Origin: an uncultured delta proteobacterium
GTDB lineage: Bacteria > Desulfobacterota > Binatia > UBA9968
NCBI GenBank assembly: GCA_963727625.1
Contig: CAVSHR010000005.1
Coordinates: 864,001-928,000 of the forward strand
Direction of reading: 5' to 3'
Length of the DNA stretch: 64,000 bases
The translations under genes and the position numbers were made by a program. How positions within the stretch are numbered: position 1 is the first letter of the stretch; each line of letters starts with the position of its first letter. The notes beneath the pieces are model-generated. The model searched no databases. It worked only from the letters and a program-made list of their open reading frames with translations, and was not told the DNA's origin. Of this stretch, positions 31,164 to 41,724 are shown one piece after another.

Positions 31164-32306
31164 CTACTTTTTCGCGGCCTGCTGCGCTTGCTTGATCAGT
31201 TTGGTCACCGCTCCCATATCGAGCCACTCGGGTCTGCCGGAATAAATATATTTTACTCCCTTGATCCGCCGATAGGCGGGAGGAATCACGTCCATCGAAA
31301 TATCTTCACGCATCGACTGGCGAACATCATGCTGCTGCGCAAATACGGTCTGATAGGCTTCCTGGCCCTCTCGCGAGAGCAGCCAGTTAATCGCAACTCT
31401 AGCGGCGTTAGGATGGGGCGCGTTCTTAAACAAGCTCACCCCTCCCTGCGTCGGTCCGACAAAGGCGCCTTCCTTGAATTGCCCCGGCTCGAAAAACTTT
31501 ACCGGCAGACCCTTGCTCGCGGCGTCCTCGATATCGCTGACGAAAAAGGCCAGAAGAAACTTGCCTGCGCCAAGCCAGTCGATCATCTGCCGCTCGTCGC
31601 GCGAATAGGTAATTTCCATTTCGCTGAAAAATCGTTTGACGAACTCAGGTCCGAGATCCGGATGGTTGTAAAAGAAACGCAACGCGTGAGCCACCGTACT
31701 CACTCGCTTGACGTCATAGGCGACGATCTTGCCCTTCCATTTAGGATCCAGGAAGTCCCAATAGGATTTGATTTCATTGGGATTCACCAGCTTGGTGTTG
31801 TAGGCGGTCTCACCGCCATGAACGTTCCCCTGAAATATGAAGATATATCTGCCGTCAGGGTCTGCGTAGTGATGCTTCCCGCCCCACCACTTCGATTGGT
31901 CGACGACTTCGGGAAGGATCAGTTGCGGCCGGATGGGTTCGAGGATGTTTGCTTTGAAAAAAACTTGAATCGGTGTGACCACGCCGTTGATGAACAAGTC
32001 GACCAAATACTGGCCGGCGCGGCGTTCGGTCATCACCGCTTGTCCATTTTCACTCCCGCGACGATTGGTGATCGATTTGACTTTGATCTCAGGGTAATTA
32101 TTTTGAAACCGCTCAAAAACCTTTTCATATCCTTGGCTGCCATAGAAAGATAATTCACCTTCTTTCTTGGCCGCCGCCAGCGTCCGCTCCCATTCGGCTT
32201 TCCACGCATCCGCCGCGGCCGCGAAGGCCACCTGCGAACTGCCAACTAAGAACACGACCACGAACCACAGAAACAGCCGATAATTTGTCCGCGCTTTTTT
32301 ACTCAT
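31164..32306 (-). CDS. Extracellular solute-binding protein
   Basis: Paralogue with signal peptide; AAKKEG and APHPNAAR motifs. Confidence 0.9.
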   Translation of the reverse strand: MSKKARTNYRLFLWFVVVFLVGSSQVAFAAAADAWKAEWERTLAAAKKEGELSFYGSQGYEKVFERFQNNYPEIKVKSITNRRGSENGQAVMTERRAGQYLVDLFINGVVTPIQVFFKANILEPIRPQLILPEVVDQSKWWGGKHHYADPDGRYIFIFQGNVHGGETAYNTKLVNPNEIKSYWDFLDPKWKGKIVAYDVKRVSTVAHALRFFYNHPDLGPEFVKRFFSEMEITYSRDERQMIDWLGAGKFLLAFFVSDIEDAASKGLPVKFFEPGQFKEGAFVGPTQGGVSLFKNAPHPNAARVAINWLLSREGQEAYQTVFAQQHDVRQSMREDISMDVIPPAYRRIKGVKYIYSGRPEWLDMGAVTKLIKQAQQAAKK

Positions 32307-32352
32307 CACCCAATACTCCATTATTCCATCGATCCAACTTCCCCGTTCCCGA

Positions 32353-33789
32353 TCAGTCCAGTCTCAGAATGTCCTTCCATTTATCGTATATCGCGCCTCG
32401 CGTCGCCTCGGAAAAGTAGCAGGTCTTGGCGTACTGCTCCTTCCAGTGAAAAGGCTGGCAGGCGTCGATGATCGCGACGGAGTTGGTGAAATTGCGCGCC
32501 GCGCGCGCCGCCGGCGCGATGCGTGGGTCGAGCGGCGTGCTCCAGGCTTCCGTGATGACATTGATCGCCGTCGCCGGGTCGCAGCGCGTCGCCAGGGCCC
32601 ACAACACGTCATCGATGTTCGACGGATCGACGTCGTCGTCGACGATGATCACGAAACGGCGATGATAACCATAAGTCGAACCGAGCATCGCCAGAGCGGC
32701 GCGCTTCACATGCCCGCCGTATTTCTGCTTAAGTGAAATGACCGTGATATAGCGGGTCTGATATTCCCAAACCCCTTGCACGTCGGTTACACCCGCTTTT
32801 TCCAGGGCGAGCCAAACGTTTGCAGCGCTCAGCGACACCGACTTGCCGGAGATTCCCGGCGGCATGCCGAGTATAATGGGGTCCTTGCGGTGCATCACCG
32901 ACTTCACTTTCACAACCGGCTCATTGCGCGTCCCCGAGGCGTAGTAACCCGTCCATTCGCCGAATGGCCCTTCGGATCGGCTGTCTTCTTTCGGCGGCAC
33001 GATGTATCCTTCGACGGCGAGCTCGGAGGTAGCCGGAACCGGCAGACCGGTCTCGCCGCCACGGATGATTTTAACCGGCTCGCCGAACAACCACCCGGCA
33101 ATTTCCAATTCCGAGACACCCCAGGCCTCGTACCAGCTTGCGACTTTCGCGAGAACCGGGTCCTGGCCGAAACTGATCACGACCGGACAGGATTTTCCCT
33201 GTGCCCAATATTTTTCCCGAATGAGCCGGCCGTGCTTGCCGGGCGAAATCCAGATGCCGAGGGTTTCTTTATCATGAACACAAACGCGATAGGTGCCGAC
33301 GTTGGTCCACCGGCCATCCGGATCTTCCATGATCACCATGCAGCCGGTACCGATATAACGCCCGCCGTCCTCCTCGTGCCAGCGTGGCGTGGGAAATTTC
33401 AACAAATCGATCTGCGCACCACGGTCGACGTTCTCGAGCACCGGACCGTCCGAGACTTCAATCGGCTTGATTGGCTTCTGCCTGCCTAGTTTTTGCTTCC
33501 ATTCGCGAATCAGGTCGAGGCCGTTCAGTTTAGGGTTGAGACCGAATGCCAATGCGGTTGTCGCCGCGGAACAAACCGCGTTGGTGACAACGCGAAAGCC
33601 TTTCGGGTAACCTTTGATCTGATCGAACAAAACGACCTTCGGATTCGCCGCCCGCGCCGCAACTTCGGTGATCGCGCCAAGCTCGAGATCCCAGTCGGCG
33701 CCGGCGACGCGTCTCAGCTCACCGAGCGTGTCGACCGCTTCGAGATAGCCGCGCAAGTCTTTGTAGCCTAGCGATGAAGTTGTTGCCAT
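32353..33789 (-). CDS. UbiD-family (prFMN-dependent) decarboxylase
   Basis: DGGRYI, NVGTYR, EGPFGEWTGYY and IIVDDDVD motifs. Confidence 0.94.
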   Translation of the reverse strand: MATTSSLGYKDLRGYLEAVDTLGELRRVAGADWDLELGAITEVAARAANPKVVLFDQIKGYPKGFRVVTNAVCSAATTALAFGLNPKLNGLDLIREWKQKLGRQKPIKPIEVSDGPVLENVDRGAQIDLLKFPTPRWHEEDGGRYIGTGCMVIMEDPDGRWTNVGTYRVCVHDKETLGIWISPGKHGRLIREKYWAQGKSCPVVISFGQDPVLAKVASWYEAWGVSELEIAGWLFGEPVKIIRGGETGLPVPATSELAVEGYIVPPKEDSRSEGPFGEWTGYYASGTRNEPVVKVKSVMHRKDPIILGMPPGISGKSVSLSAANVWLALEKAGVTDVQGVWEYQTRYITVISLKQKYGGHVKRAALAMLGSTYGYHRRFVIIVDDDVDPSNIDDVLWALATRCDPATAINVITEAWSTPLDPRIAPAARAARNFTNSVAIIDACQPFHWKEQYAKTCYFSEATRGAIYDKWKDILRLD

Positions 33790-33882
33790 ATTTCTCTATC
33801 GATTCTGGGCAGTGACGACGTTTTTATGTGACCTTCGTCATCGTGTTTGTCCGCTCCGGAGCACCGCAGACGAGGTCGCTTT

Positions 33883-35019
33883 TTATTTCTTCGCCGCTGA
33901 CTTCAAGGCACTATTGACCACTTTGATGATCGGCTTCATGTCAATCCACTCGGGCCGGCCGGTGTCGAGGTATTTTACCCCCTCCAAGCGCCGCGATTCG
34001 TAGGGGACGCCGTCTTTCGGGATATCGATGCGCAGCGAATCCGCGGGAGATTCGGCCTGCGCCAATCGTTTCTGCAACGAGATCTGTCCCCGACTCGATA
34101 GCAGCCAATTGATAAACACCTTGGCCGCATTCGGGTGGGGCGCGTGACTCAACAATGCCAAGGTGCCGAACTGCTGCACCAAGCCGCCGCCCTCTTTGAA
34201 AACTTTCGGTCCGAAAGTGTCGACCGGCAGGCCCTGGCGTTTCAAGACATCGACGTCGCAGAAAAAACAGATGGCGTACTTTCCCGTCGCCAGCCAATCC
34301 GGTCCCTGCCGGTAATCGCGAAACAGCGTGATTTCCATCTCGCTAAACAAGCGCTTAATGAATGACGGTCCGATATTGGGATGGTGGTAAAAGAAGCGCA
34401 TATTCCCGCTGCCCGGTCCCGGCCGCCGCACGTCGCGCGCCTCGATTTTGCCCTTCCATTTCGGGTCGAGAAAATCCCAGTAGGATTTGAACTCTTTCCC
34501 ATCGACGAGCTTGGTGTTGTAGTTGATGGCGCCGTAAGTCGCCGAGCCGACGTAGACAAAAACATACTGCCCTTCTGGATCGGCGTAGGTGTGTTTGCCT
34601 TCGTACCACTTCGTTTGATCCAAAACTTCCGGTAAAATCAGCGCCGGTTTAATCGGATCGAGCATCTTGCCGCGATAGAATTGTTGATAGTTGGGATTGG
34701 CGCCGGCGCTGACCACATCGGCGATATATTTTTCGCCTCGTCTCTCGGCGGCGATCCGCTGTCCAATCTCATTGCCCCGCCCCGTAACCGCGACGACCTT
34801 GATCTCCGGAAATTCTTTTTGAAAATCCGGCAAGATCGAATCATAGCCGCTGATGTAAACGGTTACTTGGCCCTCCTTCTTGGCGGCCTCCACGGTTTTT
34901 TCCCATTCACCTTGCCAAGCGAGTTTCGCCGGCGCGGCACAAACCGCACTCGCGCAACTTAAAAGAACCAACCACGCGGTGATAGCGCGCGATACAGATA
35001 TTGGAAACATGCTCATCAA
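33883..35019 (-). CDS. Extracellular solute-binding protein
   Basis: Paralogue with signal peptide; contains CFFC. Confidence 0.9.
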   Translation of the reverse strand: MMSMFPISVSRAITAWLVLLSCASAVCAAPAKLAWQGEWEKTVEAAKKEGQVTVYISGYDSILPDFQKEFPEIKVVAVTGRGNEIGQRIAAERRGEKYIADVVSAGANPNYQQFYRGKMLDPIKPALILPEVLDQTKWYEGKHTYADPEGQYVFVYVGSATYGAINYNTKLVDGKEFKSYWDFLDPKWKGKIEARDVRRPGPGSGNMRFFYHHPNIGPSFIKRLFSEMEITLFRDYRQGPDWLATGKYAICFFCDVDVLKRQGLPVDTFGPKVFKEGGGLVQQFGTLALLSHAPHPNAAKVFINWLLSSRGQISLQKRLAQAESPADSLRIDIPKDGVPYESRRLEGVKYLDTGRPEWIDMKPIIKVVNSALKSAAKK

Positions 35020-35090
35020 ACGATCCCTCTCGATAAAGAGGCCGGCGGCGCGAAATGCGCCAAACTCGGTCCTGTTTCTTTCTTCCCGAT

Positions 35091-36209
35091 TCAGCTCTTC
35101 CCTGCGCTCTTGAGCGCTTCCTTGACGACATCAAGGATCGGCTTCATGCTTTGCCACTCCGGCTTGCTCGTGTCGATATAGTTGACGCCGTCCAACCGCC
35201 GGCTTATCAACGGCACGTCGTCTTTGGGAATGTCGATGCGCAGCGAATCCGGCGGGCTCTCGGAATTGGCCAGGGTCTTTTGCAAGGCGATCTGGCCTTT
35301 GCGCGACAGCAACCAGTTGATGAACGCCCGCGCGGCGTTCGGATGGGGAGCTTTATTGATCAAGGTCAACGTGCCGAATTGCTGCACCAGGCCGCCGCCC
35401 TCCTTGAAGACCTTCGGTCCGAAAGTGTCGACCGGCAGGCCTTGCTGCTTCAAAACATCGACGTCGCAGAAAAAGCAAATCGAGTATTTGCCGACGGCCA
35501 GCCAATCAGGACCCTGGCGATAATCGCGGAACAACGTGATGTCCATCTCGCCGAACAACTTGCGCAGGAATGACGCGCCGAGCTCCGGATGATAGTAGAA
35601 AAACCTGGCGTTACCGGACCCCGGCCCGGGCGTGCGAATATCGCGCGCAATGATTTTGCCCTTCCATTTCGGGTCGAGCAGATCCCAGTAGGATTTGAAC
35701 GCTTTGCCATCGACGAGCTTGGTGTTGTAATTGATTGAACCGTAAGTCGCCGAACCGACGTAATTAAAAATATATCGCCCTTCGGGATCGGCGTAGTGGT
35801 GTTTTTTCTGATACCACTTTGACGAGTCGGTGACCTCGGGAAGCAGCAAAACGGGCTTGATCGGATCGAGCACCTTGGCCTTGTGCAACCGCCCGTAGGT
35901 CGTTACCCCGCCGGAGCTAAAAACATCGGCCAAATATTTATCGCCGCGCCGTTCCGTCAGTAATCGTTGCGCCATCTGCGAGCCGCGGCCGGTGACCGCC
36001 GTAACTTTGATCTCGGGAAATTCCTTCTGAAACTCCGGCAGCACCGCCTCATAGCCGCTGATATAAACCGTCACCTGTCCTTCTTTTTTCGCCGCTTCGA
36101 TGGTCTTTTCCCATTCGGTCTGCCATGCAGGCTTCGCGTCAGCAGCATAGGCCGCGCCGCCGAACAAAATACAAAACAACCCCACAACTAAATATTTTCC
36201 TTTGGACAT
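35091..36209 (-). CDS. Extracellular solute-binding protein, tandem paralogue of 33883-35019
   Basis: Shares long identical segments such as GLPVDTFGPKVFKEGGGLVQQFGTL. Confidence 0.9.
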   Translation of the reverse strand: MSKGKYLVVGLFCILFGGAAYAADAKPAWQTEWEKTIEAAKKEGQVTVYISGYEAVLPEFQKEFPEIKVTAVTGRGSQMAQRLLTERRGDKYLADVFSSGGVTTYGRLHKAKVLDPIKPVLLLPEVTDSSKWYQKKHHYADPEGRYIFNYVGSATYGSINYNTKLVDGKAFKSYWDLLDPKWKGKIIARDIRTPGPGSGNARFFYYHPELGASFLRKLFGEMDITLFRDYRQGPDWLAVGKYSICFFCDVDVLKQQGLPVDTFGPKVFKEGGGLVQQFGTLTLINKAPHPNAARAFINWLLSRKGQIALQKTLANSESPPDSLRIDIPKDDVPLISRRLDGVNYIDTSKPEWQSMKPILDVVKEALKSAGKS

Positions 36210-36315
36210 TTCTCCGCGCCTCCGGATAGGGACTCTATATAGAAATCTGGGCTTAACTCAAGTCGCTAGACCCGAAACTCGCAACCTTTGCGTTCTTTGC
36301 GGCGGGTGCTTGTTT

Positions 36316-37485
36316 TCACTGCTTCGGCGGCACATGATAGGTCACCGAGCCGGCCTTGCCGACGCGCAAGGATTCATCCAACTTGGTGTCAATGATCGGA
36401 TGATCGGGATCGCGAAAGACATTCATCGGCTCCAAGCCCTGCTCCACTTTATTGATTTCCCGTTTGAGCATGGCGCGGTAAATGACGACGCCGTGATCCG
36501 ACACCGCTAGCCGCTCGCGGCTTCGGTCGAGGATCGGCCCTTGAGTTTCCCACGCCATGAAATCCTGCGCATCGACATCGTCGAGACGAAATTTGGCGAA
36601 CGGATGGCGCACACCGAGCGGATTTTTGAAAGGCCTTCGATAATTCACCGGCACTTCATCCTTATCCAGCCGCGGCTCGACGGCATCGGGCACGAAGTGG
36701 ACGTAAACGATCCAAGTATGGGTGTCGTCGATCGGCACGCGGATCTGCGTGCGGTTGGCCTGACGCAGGACGGTCGGAAACAGGAGCGGATGTTCCTCTA
36801 TTTTACCGTCCCTGAACACGCGCTGTTTGATTAGCCCATGCTCGAACTCCTTGACTTCGTAATGCACGAGATTGTCGATGGTGCCCCGGGTCGTGCTCTC
36901 GACTTTGAAGCCGTCAGTGACAAGCTCTTGGTGGAGAATATGCAGATGAGCCGTGTCCACCGAGTTCTCCATCGCCTGCAGCCAGTTGCAGTCGAGCTGC
37001 GGCAGTGCGCGCAGCCAATGCCAACCATCCGTGCGCGCCCAAACATCATATTTTGGAATTTCCGGCGCAGGCTGCGGGCCGAGATACGCCCAATACAGAC
37101 CGGCAAGTTTCTTCACCGGATAGGCTTTTTGCTTGACGGTGAGACAAAACTTGCTGTCCGCCGGCTCCGCCGGAGTTGCCAGACAATTACCTTGGATGTC
37201 GTAGAGCCAGCCATGATAGGCACAGGCAATGCCCCGTTCTTCGACGCGGCCATAAGACAGGGAAACCCCGCGGTGAGCGCAGCGGTCGTGCAGCAACCCG
37301 GCTTCGCCTTTCGGGGTCACGAACAGCACCAAGTCCTCGCCCAGTATACGGACAAACTTCGTCGGATTATCAGGCGTCAAATCCGCCGCGATGGCGACCG
37401 GATGCCAATAGCGGCGCAGCAGCTCGCCTGCCGGTGTTCCCGGACCGACCCGCGTCAGCATTTCATTTTCTTCAGCGGTCAGCAT
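36316..37485 (-). CDS. Rieske oxygenase alpha subunit
   Basis: CAH...CAYH ligands; ENSVDTAHLHILH. Confidence 0.93.
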   Translation of the reverse strand: MLTAEENEMLTRVGPGTPAGELLRRYWHPVAIAADLTPDNPTKFVRILGEDLVLFVTPKGEAGLLHDRCAHRGVSLSYGRVEERGIACAYHGWLYDIQGNCLATPAEPADSKFCLTVKQKAYPVKKLAGLYWAYLGPQPAPEIPKYDVWARTDGWHWLRALPQLDCNWLQAMENSVDTAHLHILHQELVTDGFKVESTTRGTIDNLVHYEVKEFEHGLIKQRVFRDGKIEEHPLLFPTVLRQANRTQIRVPIDDTHTWIVYVHFVPDAVEPRLDKDEVPVNYRRPFKNPLGVRHPFAKFRLDDVDAQDFMAWETQGPILDRSRERLAVSDHGVVIYRAMLKREINKVEQGLEPMNVFRDPDHPIIDTKLDESLRVGKAGSVTYHVPPKQ

Positions 37486-37538
37486 GATTGAACCCCTCTT
37501 CCATCCGACGTTGAACCCTTGAACCTTGAACGCTCTTT

Positions 37539-38726
37539 TTACCCCGGGCTCGGCACTTGGTGCGAAAGGAAAACCTCTTTGCGCTGGTCGGCCGATTCGA
37601 GCATCGCCAGACAGACTTCCAGCGTCGCCGCGCCCCAGCGGCCGCCGTGAAACACGGGGCGATGGTGCACCACGGCGTTGTACAGCTCTTCGACTTCGGC
37701 TTCGCGGCCGCGGCTTCCCGCCGGCAAATCGACCTCGCGCTGTTCGGTTTCGCCGTAGATCTTGAGGCCGTCCGGCGTCTGGCGAATGTCCCCCTTCTCG
37801 CAGCTGACCATGGTCAAGCCGAAGAACGGCTGCTTGCGCGCGCCGGTCCAGACATGGCTGTACTCCCCCTCGCGCCGGCCGCCGAAGCGCATACCTTCTT
37901 TTAACTGTTCTTCCTCCTCGGCGCTTTTCACTTCACGCAGCTTTTTTCTCACGTTTAAATTGGTCTCGGGTGCGCGATGTTGCCCGCCTTCGCCGACCCA
38001 GTCGAATAATTCCGCCGTATCGAAAAAGCCGTAACCGCTGTAGACCAGCGTCGCCGGCGTGCCGTCCTCGAATTCGAGATAGCAGGTGTAGCTGCCTTCC
38101 CACTGCCGCGCCGGGTCCCAAACGCCGGTCATGGCGCGCACACTGCGCACCATACCGCCGCCGATCAGACGCACGATATCGACGTGGTGCGGCCCCTGAT
38201 TGAGCACGACACCGCGGCTCATGGCCAGCTCATGCTTCATGCGCGGCCGGTACATGAACTCGTTGAAGTTCCAGGTGTTGATCATGCACAGTTTGCCCAA
38301 TTCGCCGCTCTTGACGATCTCGCGGATCTTGCGGATCGGCGGATCGAAGCTGTGGGTGTGGCCGCATAGTAATTTGACCCCGTATTTATCCGCCGCTTCA
38401 TTCATCGCGTCGCACTCGGCCAAGGTCATTGCCATCGGCTTTTCGACGACGACGTGTTTTCCCTGCTTGGCCGCCATGATTGCGTGCTCGGCGTGAAGCG
38501 AATTCGGTGTAGCGATGTAAACCGCGTCGAGGTTGGGGCTGGCGCAGAGCTCTTCGATGCTGGTGTAACCTTCGGCCTGATACTGCTCGCGAAACTTCGC
38601 CACCGCATCCGCGCGCATGTCCGCCGCGGCGGTGATCTTGATGAACGGCAAGTTGGCGATCGGCGGCAGGATCTGCGTACTGGCCACGCCCAAGCCAGCC
38701 ATGCCTAGTCTGAGAATTTCACTCAC
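37539..38726 (-). CDS. Gfo/Idh/MocA oxidoreductase (phthalate cis-dihydrodiol dehydrogenase-like)
   Basis: GLG Rossmann start, VEKPMA, GHTHSFD and NQGPH motifs; lies between two Rieske genes. Confidence 0.88.
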   Translation of the reverse strand: MSEILRLGMAGLGVASTQILPPIANLPFIKITAAADMRADAVAKFREQYQAEGYTSIEELCASPNLDAVYIATPNSLHAEHAIMAAKQGKHVVVEKPMAMTLAECDAMNEAADKYGVKLLCGHTHSFDPPIRKIREIVKSGELGKLCMINTWNFNEFMYRPRMKHELAMSRGVVLNQGPHHVDIVRLIGGGMVRSVRAMTGVWDPARQWEGSYTCYLEFEDGTPATLVYSGYGFFDTAELFDWVGEGGQHRAPETNLNVRKKLREVKSAEEEEQLKEGMRFGGRREGEYSHVWTGARKQPFFGLTMVSCEKGDIRQTPDGLKIYGETEQREVDLPAGSRGREAEVEELYNAVVHHRPVFHGGRWGAATLEVCLAMLESADQRKEVFLSHQVPSPG

Positions 38727-38798
38727 GGTTTGCTCCTGAGAAAGTCGAAATCTTTTTCCTCACCCTTCCCTCTCCCGGAGGGAGCGGGGTCAGACAAA

Positions 38799-40079
38799 TC
38801 AACTCGACGAACTCTGCGCGGCGATTTTTTGTTGCACGATGGCTCGAATATCCGCCGATTTCGGCGCCACCTCGGAAATCACCGCGAGGTGCGAAAAACT
38901 GTTCGCCTTTGGATCGCGCACCACATGCAGCGGATCGCGTCCCTCTTTCACATCCTGAATCCCCTTGAGCAAGAGTTTGCGCGCCGCAACGATGGCTTTA
39001 TCCGAGGTCACCAGATGTTCTTTGGTGCGATTTTGAATCGCCCCGGCGCCTTCAATCACGCAGGCATCCTGCGCCTGGAAATTGTAGCCGATGCCGCTGA
39101 ACGATTTGTTCGTCATTGACTCGCGGTCTTGCAGATAGCGATTCGCCCTGTGGCGCACCATATGGTAGTCGGCCGTCAATTCGTCGCGTCCGCGCAACAT
39201 CATCTCGCGGGACAGGGGCCGCTTGCGGCTAAATACGATGACGAATTTCCAGTGATTGTAGTCGTCGATGGGCACATGCCAGTTGACCGAATACCCCTCA
39301 GCCGCCGTCTGCCCGGGAAACGTGCTGAAGTTGGGCATGATGAAGTTGGAGGTGCGGAAATAAATTCTTTCGTCTTCGATATTGCGTACCGTAAAGATCC
39401 GCACACCGAAATCGGTGAGCTCCAACTCGATCTTTGGCGCCAAGTCCGCGCCAAACAGCGAATTGGGCGGACTCTCGCTGCCGGTGACGCGCCGTTTTTT
39501 GTCGATCTCGGTAAGTTCCAGATTGCGATGCAAGAACGACAGATGCACTGGATCGATGTTGCCCTCGTTGGACTGTAGGTAATTGCAGGAGTGATGAATC
39601 TTGGAAACGAAGCGCTGATCTTCCGGCACCTGGAGAAATTCGTAATTGGGTAGCAGCGGCGGCTTGCCGGGTCCGATATAGGCGAAGATCACGCCGCCGG
39701 CCTCCCGACAAGGAAACGCCGGTTGGCAAAACGCATCGCGGTGCTCGCCGCCATTGGGCTCGCCGGGCTGATTGAGAATCTTGCCGTTCACATCGAATAG
39801 CCAGCCATGATAAATGCACCGCAGCCCGCCATCTTCCAACCGGCCGTAGCTTAAGTCCGCGCCACGATGGCAGCAATGCGCATCCAGGACACCGATGCGC
39901 CCGTTGTCGTCGCGAAAAATCGCCAGCTCCTCGCCCATCAACGTTACCGCCAACGGTGCGCCGTCCGGTTTCAACTCCTCCGACAACGCCACCGGCTGCC
40001 AATAGCGCCGCAACAGCTCGCCGCACGGCGCGCCGGGCCCCGTTTGAGTCAGGAGTTCGTTTTCCTCTCGGCTGATCAT
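38799..40079 (-). CDS. Rieske oxygenase alpha subunit (phthalate 4,5-dioxygenase-like)
   Basis: CCH...CIYH ligands; EGNIDPVHLSFLH; close paralogue of 11178-12470. Confidence 0.93.
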   Translation of the reverse strand: MISREENELLTQTGPGAPCGELLRRYWQPVALSEELKPDGAPLAVTLMGEELAIFRDDNGRIGVLDAHCCHRGADLSYGRLEDGGLRCIYHGWLFDVNGKILNQPGEPNGGEHRDAFCQPAFPCREAGGVIFAYIGPGKPPLLPNYEFLQVPEDQRFVSKIHHSCNYLQSNEGNIDPVHLSFLHRNLELTEIDKKRRVTGSESPPNSLFGADLAPKIELELTDFGVRIFTVRNIEDERIYFRTSNFIMPNFSTFPGQTAAEGYSVNWHVPIDDYNHWKFVIVFSRKRPLSREMMLRGRDELTADYHMVRHRANRYLQDRESMTNKSFSGIGYNFQAQDACVIEGAGAIQNRTKEHLVTSDKAIVAARKLLLKGIQDVKEGRDPLHVVRDPKANSFSHLAVISEVAPKSADIRAIVQQKIAAQSSSS

Positions 40080-40215
40080 CTCTGCAATTCCCTCGCTTTA
40101 TAATCTTAGTCCCCTCTCCCGCTTGCGGGAAAGGGCCAGGGTGAGGGCTGACGAAAATTACAGGTTCCATCCTCACCTTCCCAAAATCGTGGAAAGCCGT
40201 TTCTTCCCGCTGAAA

Positions 40216-41673
40216 TCACGCCCCGGGAAACGGAATGACGCTCTTGAACTTCGCGATGGTCTTCTCGCGCAGCTCGCGGCTCGAGCGGCTGACCTTAGGA
40301 AATTTGTCTTTCCAGGCGAAGGGCCGCACGGCGTAAAAAATCGCCCGGCCGTTGGTATGGTCTTTATTGTCTCGCTTGTCCGGCGGCATGCGCGGATCGA
40401 GCGGCGTCGACCAGCAGCCGTCGATGATGTCGATGTTGGTCGGCGGATCGACCCGCGTCATCATCGCCCACAAAACTTCTTTGACGTTGGTCGGGTCGAT
40501 GTCTTCATCGACCACGACGACATAGCGGCCGTTGCGATTGGCCGCCGCGCAGCTGAGCGCCGCAGTCCCGGCCTGCTTGGCATGGCCGGCGTATTTCTGC
40601 TTGATCGAAACAACCGTGAGATAAGACGTGTGATTGTAGACACCGACGATGTCCTGGATGCCCGCGCTTTCCAGTTGATCCCAAAGCACCCCGGCGGAAA
40701 TATGCAGGTCCATTTTCACCGCGCCGGGCCAGAGCGGCGCTTCGTCTTCGAGGATCGGATCATCGCGATGATAAACCGCCTTGACGCGCACTATCGGCTG
40801 ATTTTCTCCTGTGCCGGTGGTGCCGCCGGAGTAGTAACCCGGCCACTCGCCGAAGGGCCCTTCGGGCCGGGCCTCTTCCGAAGGCGGCGGGATTTCGCCC
40901 TCGATGGCGATTTCTGACGACGCGGGAATCGGCAATCCGGTGATCGGCCCGCGCAGAACTTCCAACGGCCGGCCGATCAGCCCGCCGGAGATTTCCATCT
41001 CCGAACGGCCGAAAGGAAATTTCGTATACGACGGCATGAACACCAGCGGATGCTGGCCATAGGTCGCCACCACCGGGCAGCTTTTACCCTGCTCCCAATA
41101 TTTCATGCAAATCTGCCGGCCGTTCTGTCCCGGGCTCATCCATATGCCCAAAGTATTTTTATCGTGCAGCTGCATGCGATAGGTGCCGGTGTTGACGTAG
41201 CCCGAATCCGGGTCGCGGTTGATCAAACCGCCACCCGGACCGAAATAGCGCCCGCCGTCGTTCTCGTGAAAACGAAGCGCGGGGAATTTAAGCAAGTTGA
41301 CGTCGTTGCCGGTGAGCTTGTTTTCAAACAGCGGCGATCTGCTGACTTCCTTCGGCGCGATCGGCTCGGTGCTTCTCACCTTGCGCGCCGCCAGACGCAG
41401 AATTTCCAATTTGGTTTTATCCGTCGGCAAACCCAAGGCAAGCGCCACGCGCCGGTAAGCGGCATAGGGCAAACTACAAACTCGATAGCCCGCCGGATAG
41501 CCTTTGACCTTGTCGAAAATCAGCATGGGCGGCTGCGGCACCAGCTCCGCCGTCGACTCCACCAGCGCGCCAATTTCGGCGTCCCAATCGGCGCCCTCGA
41601 TAATGCGATAGTCGCTGATCTTCTTCGCTTCCTCGATGAAGCTGCGAAAATCATGGTAGGCCAGTTCAGACAT
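40216..41673 (-). CDS. UbiD-family decarboxylase
   Basis: DGGRY, NTGTYR, EGPFGEWPGYY and VVVDEDID motifs. Confidence 0.94.
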   Translation of the reverse strand: MSELAYHDFRSFIEEAKKISDYRIIEGADWDAEIGALVESTAELVPQPPMLIFDKVKGYPAGYRVCSLPYAAYRRVALALGLPTDKTKLEILRLAARKVRSTEPIAPKEVSRSPLFENKLTGNDVNLLKFPALRFHENDGGRYFGPGGGLINRDPDSGYVNTGTYRMQLHDKNTLGIWMSPGQNGRQICMKYWEQGKSCPVVATYGQHPLVFMPSYTKFPFGRSEMEISGGLIGRPLEVLRGPITGLPIPASSEIAIEGEIPPPSEEARPEGPFGEWPGYYSGGTTGTGENQPIVRVKAVYHRDDPILEDEAPLWPGAVKMDLHISAGVLWDQLESAGIQDIVGVYNHTSYLTVVSIKQKYAGHAKQAGTAALSCAAANRNGRYVVVVDEDIDPTNVKEVLWAMMTRVDPPTNIDIIDGCWSTPLDPRMPPDKRDNKDHTNGRAIFYAVRPFAWKDKFPKVSRSSRELREKTIAKFKSVIPFPGA

Positions 41674-41724
41674 GTTTCTTCTCCCAACTTTAAACTTTGA
41701 ACCTTTGAACCTTGAGAATAGCCC

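Noticed and set aside
38760-40150. CCCTCTCCC...GGGA palindromes at ~38768 and ~40111
   Set aside because: Common intergenic palindromic repeats; no further function can be supported.
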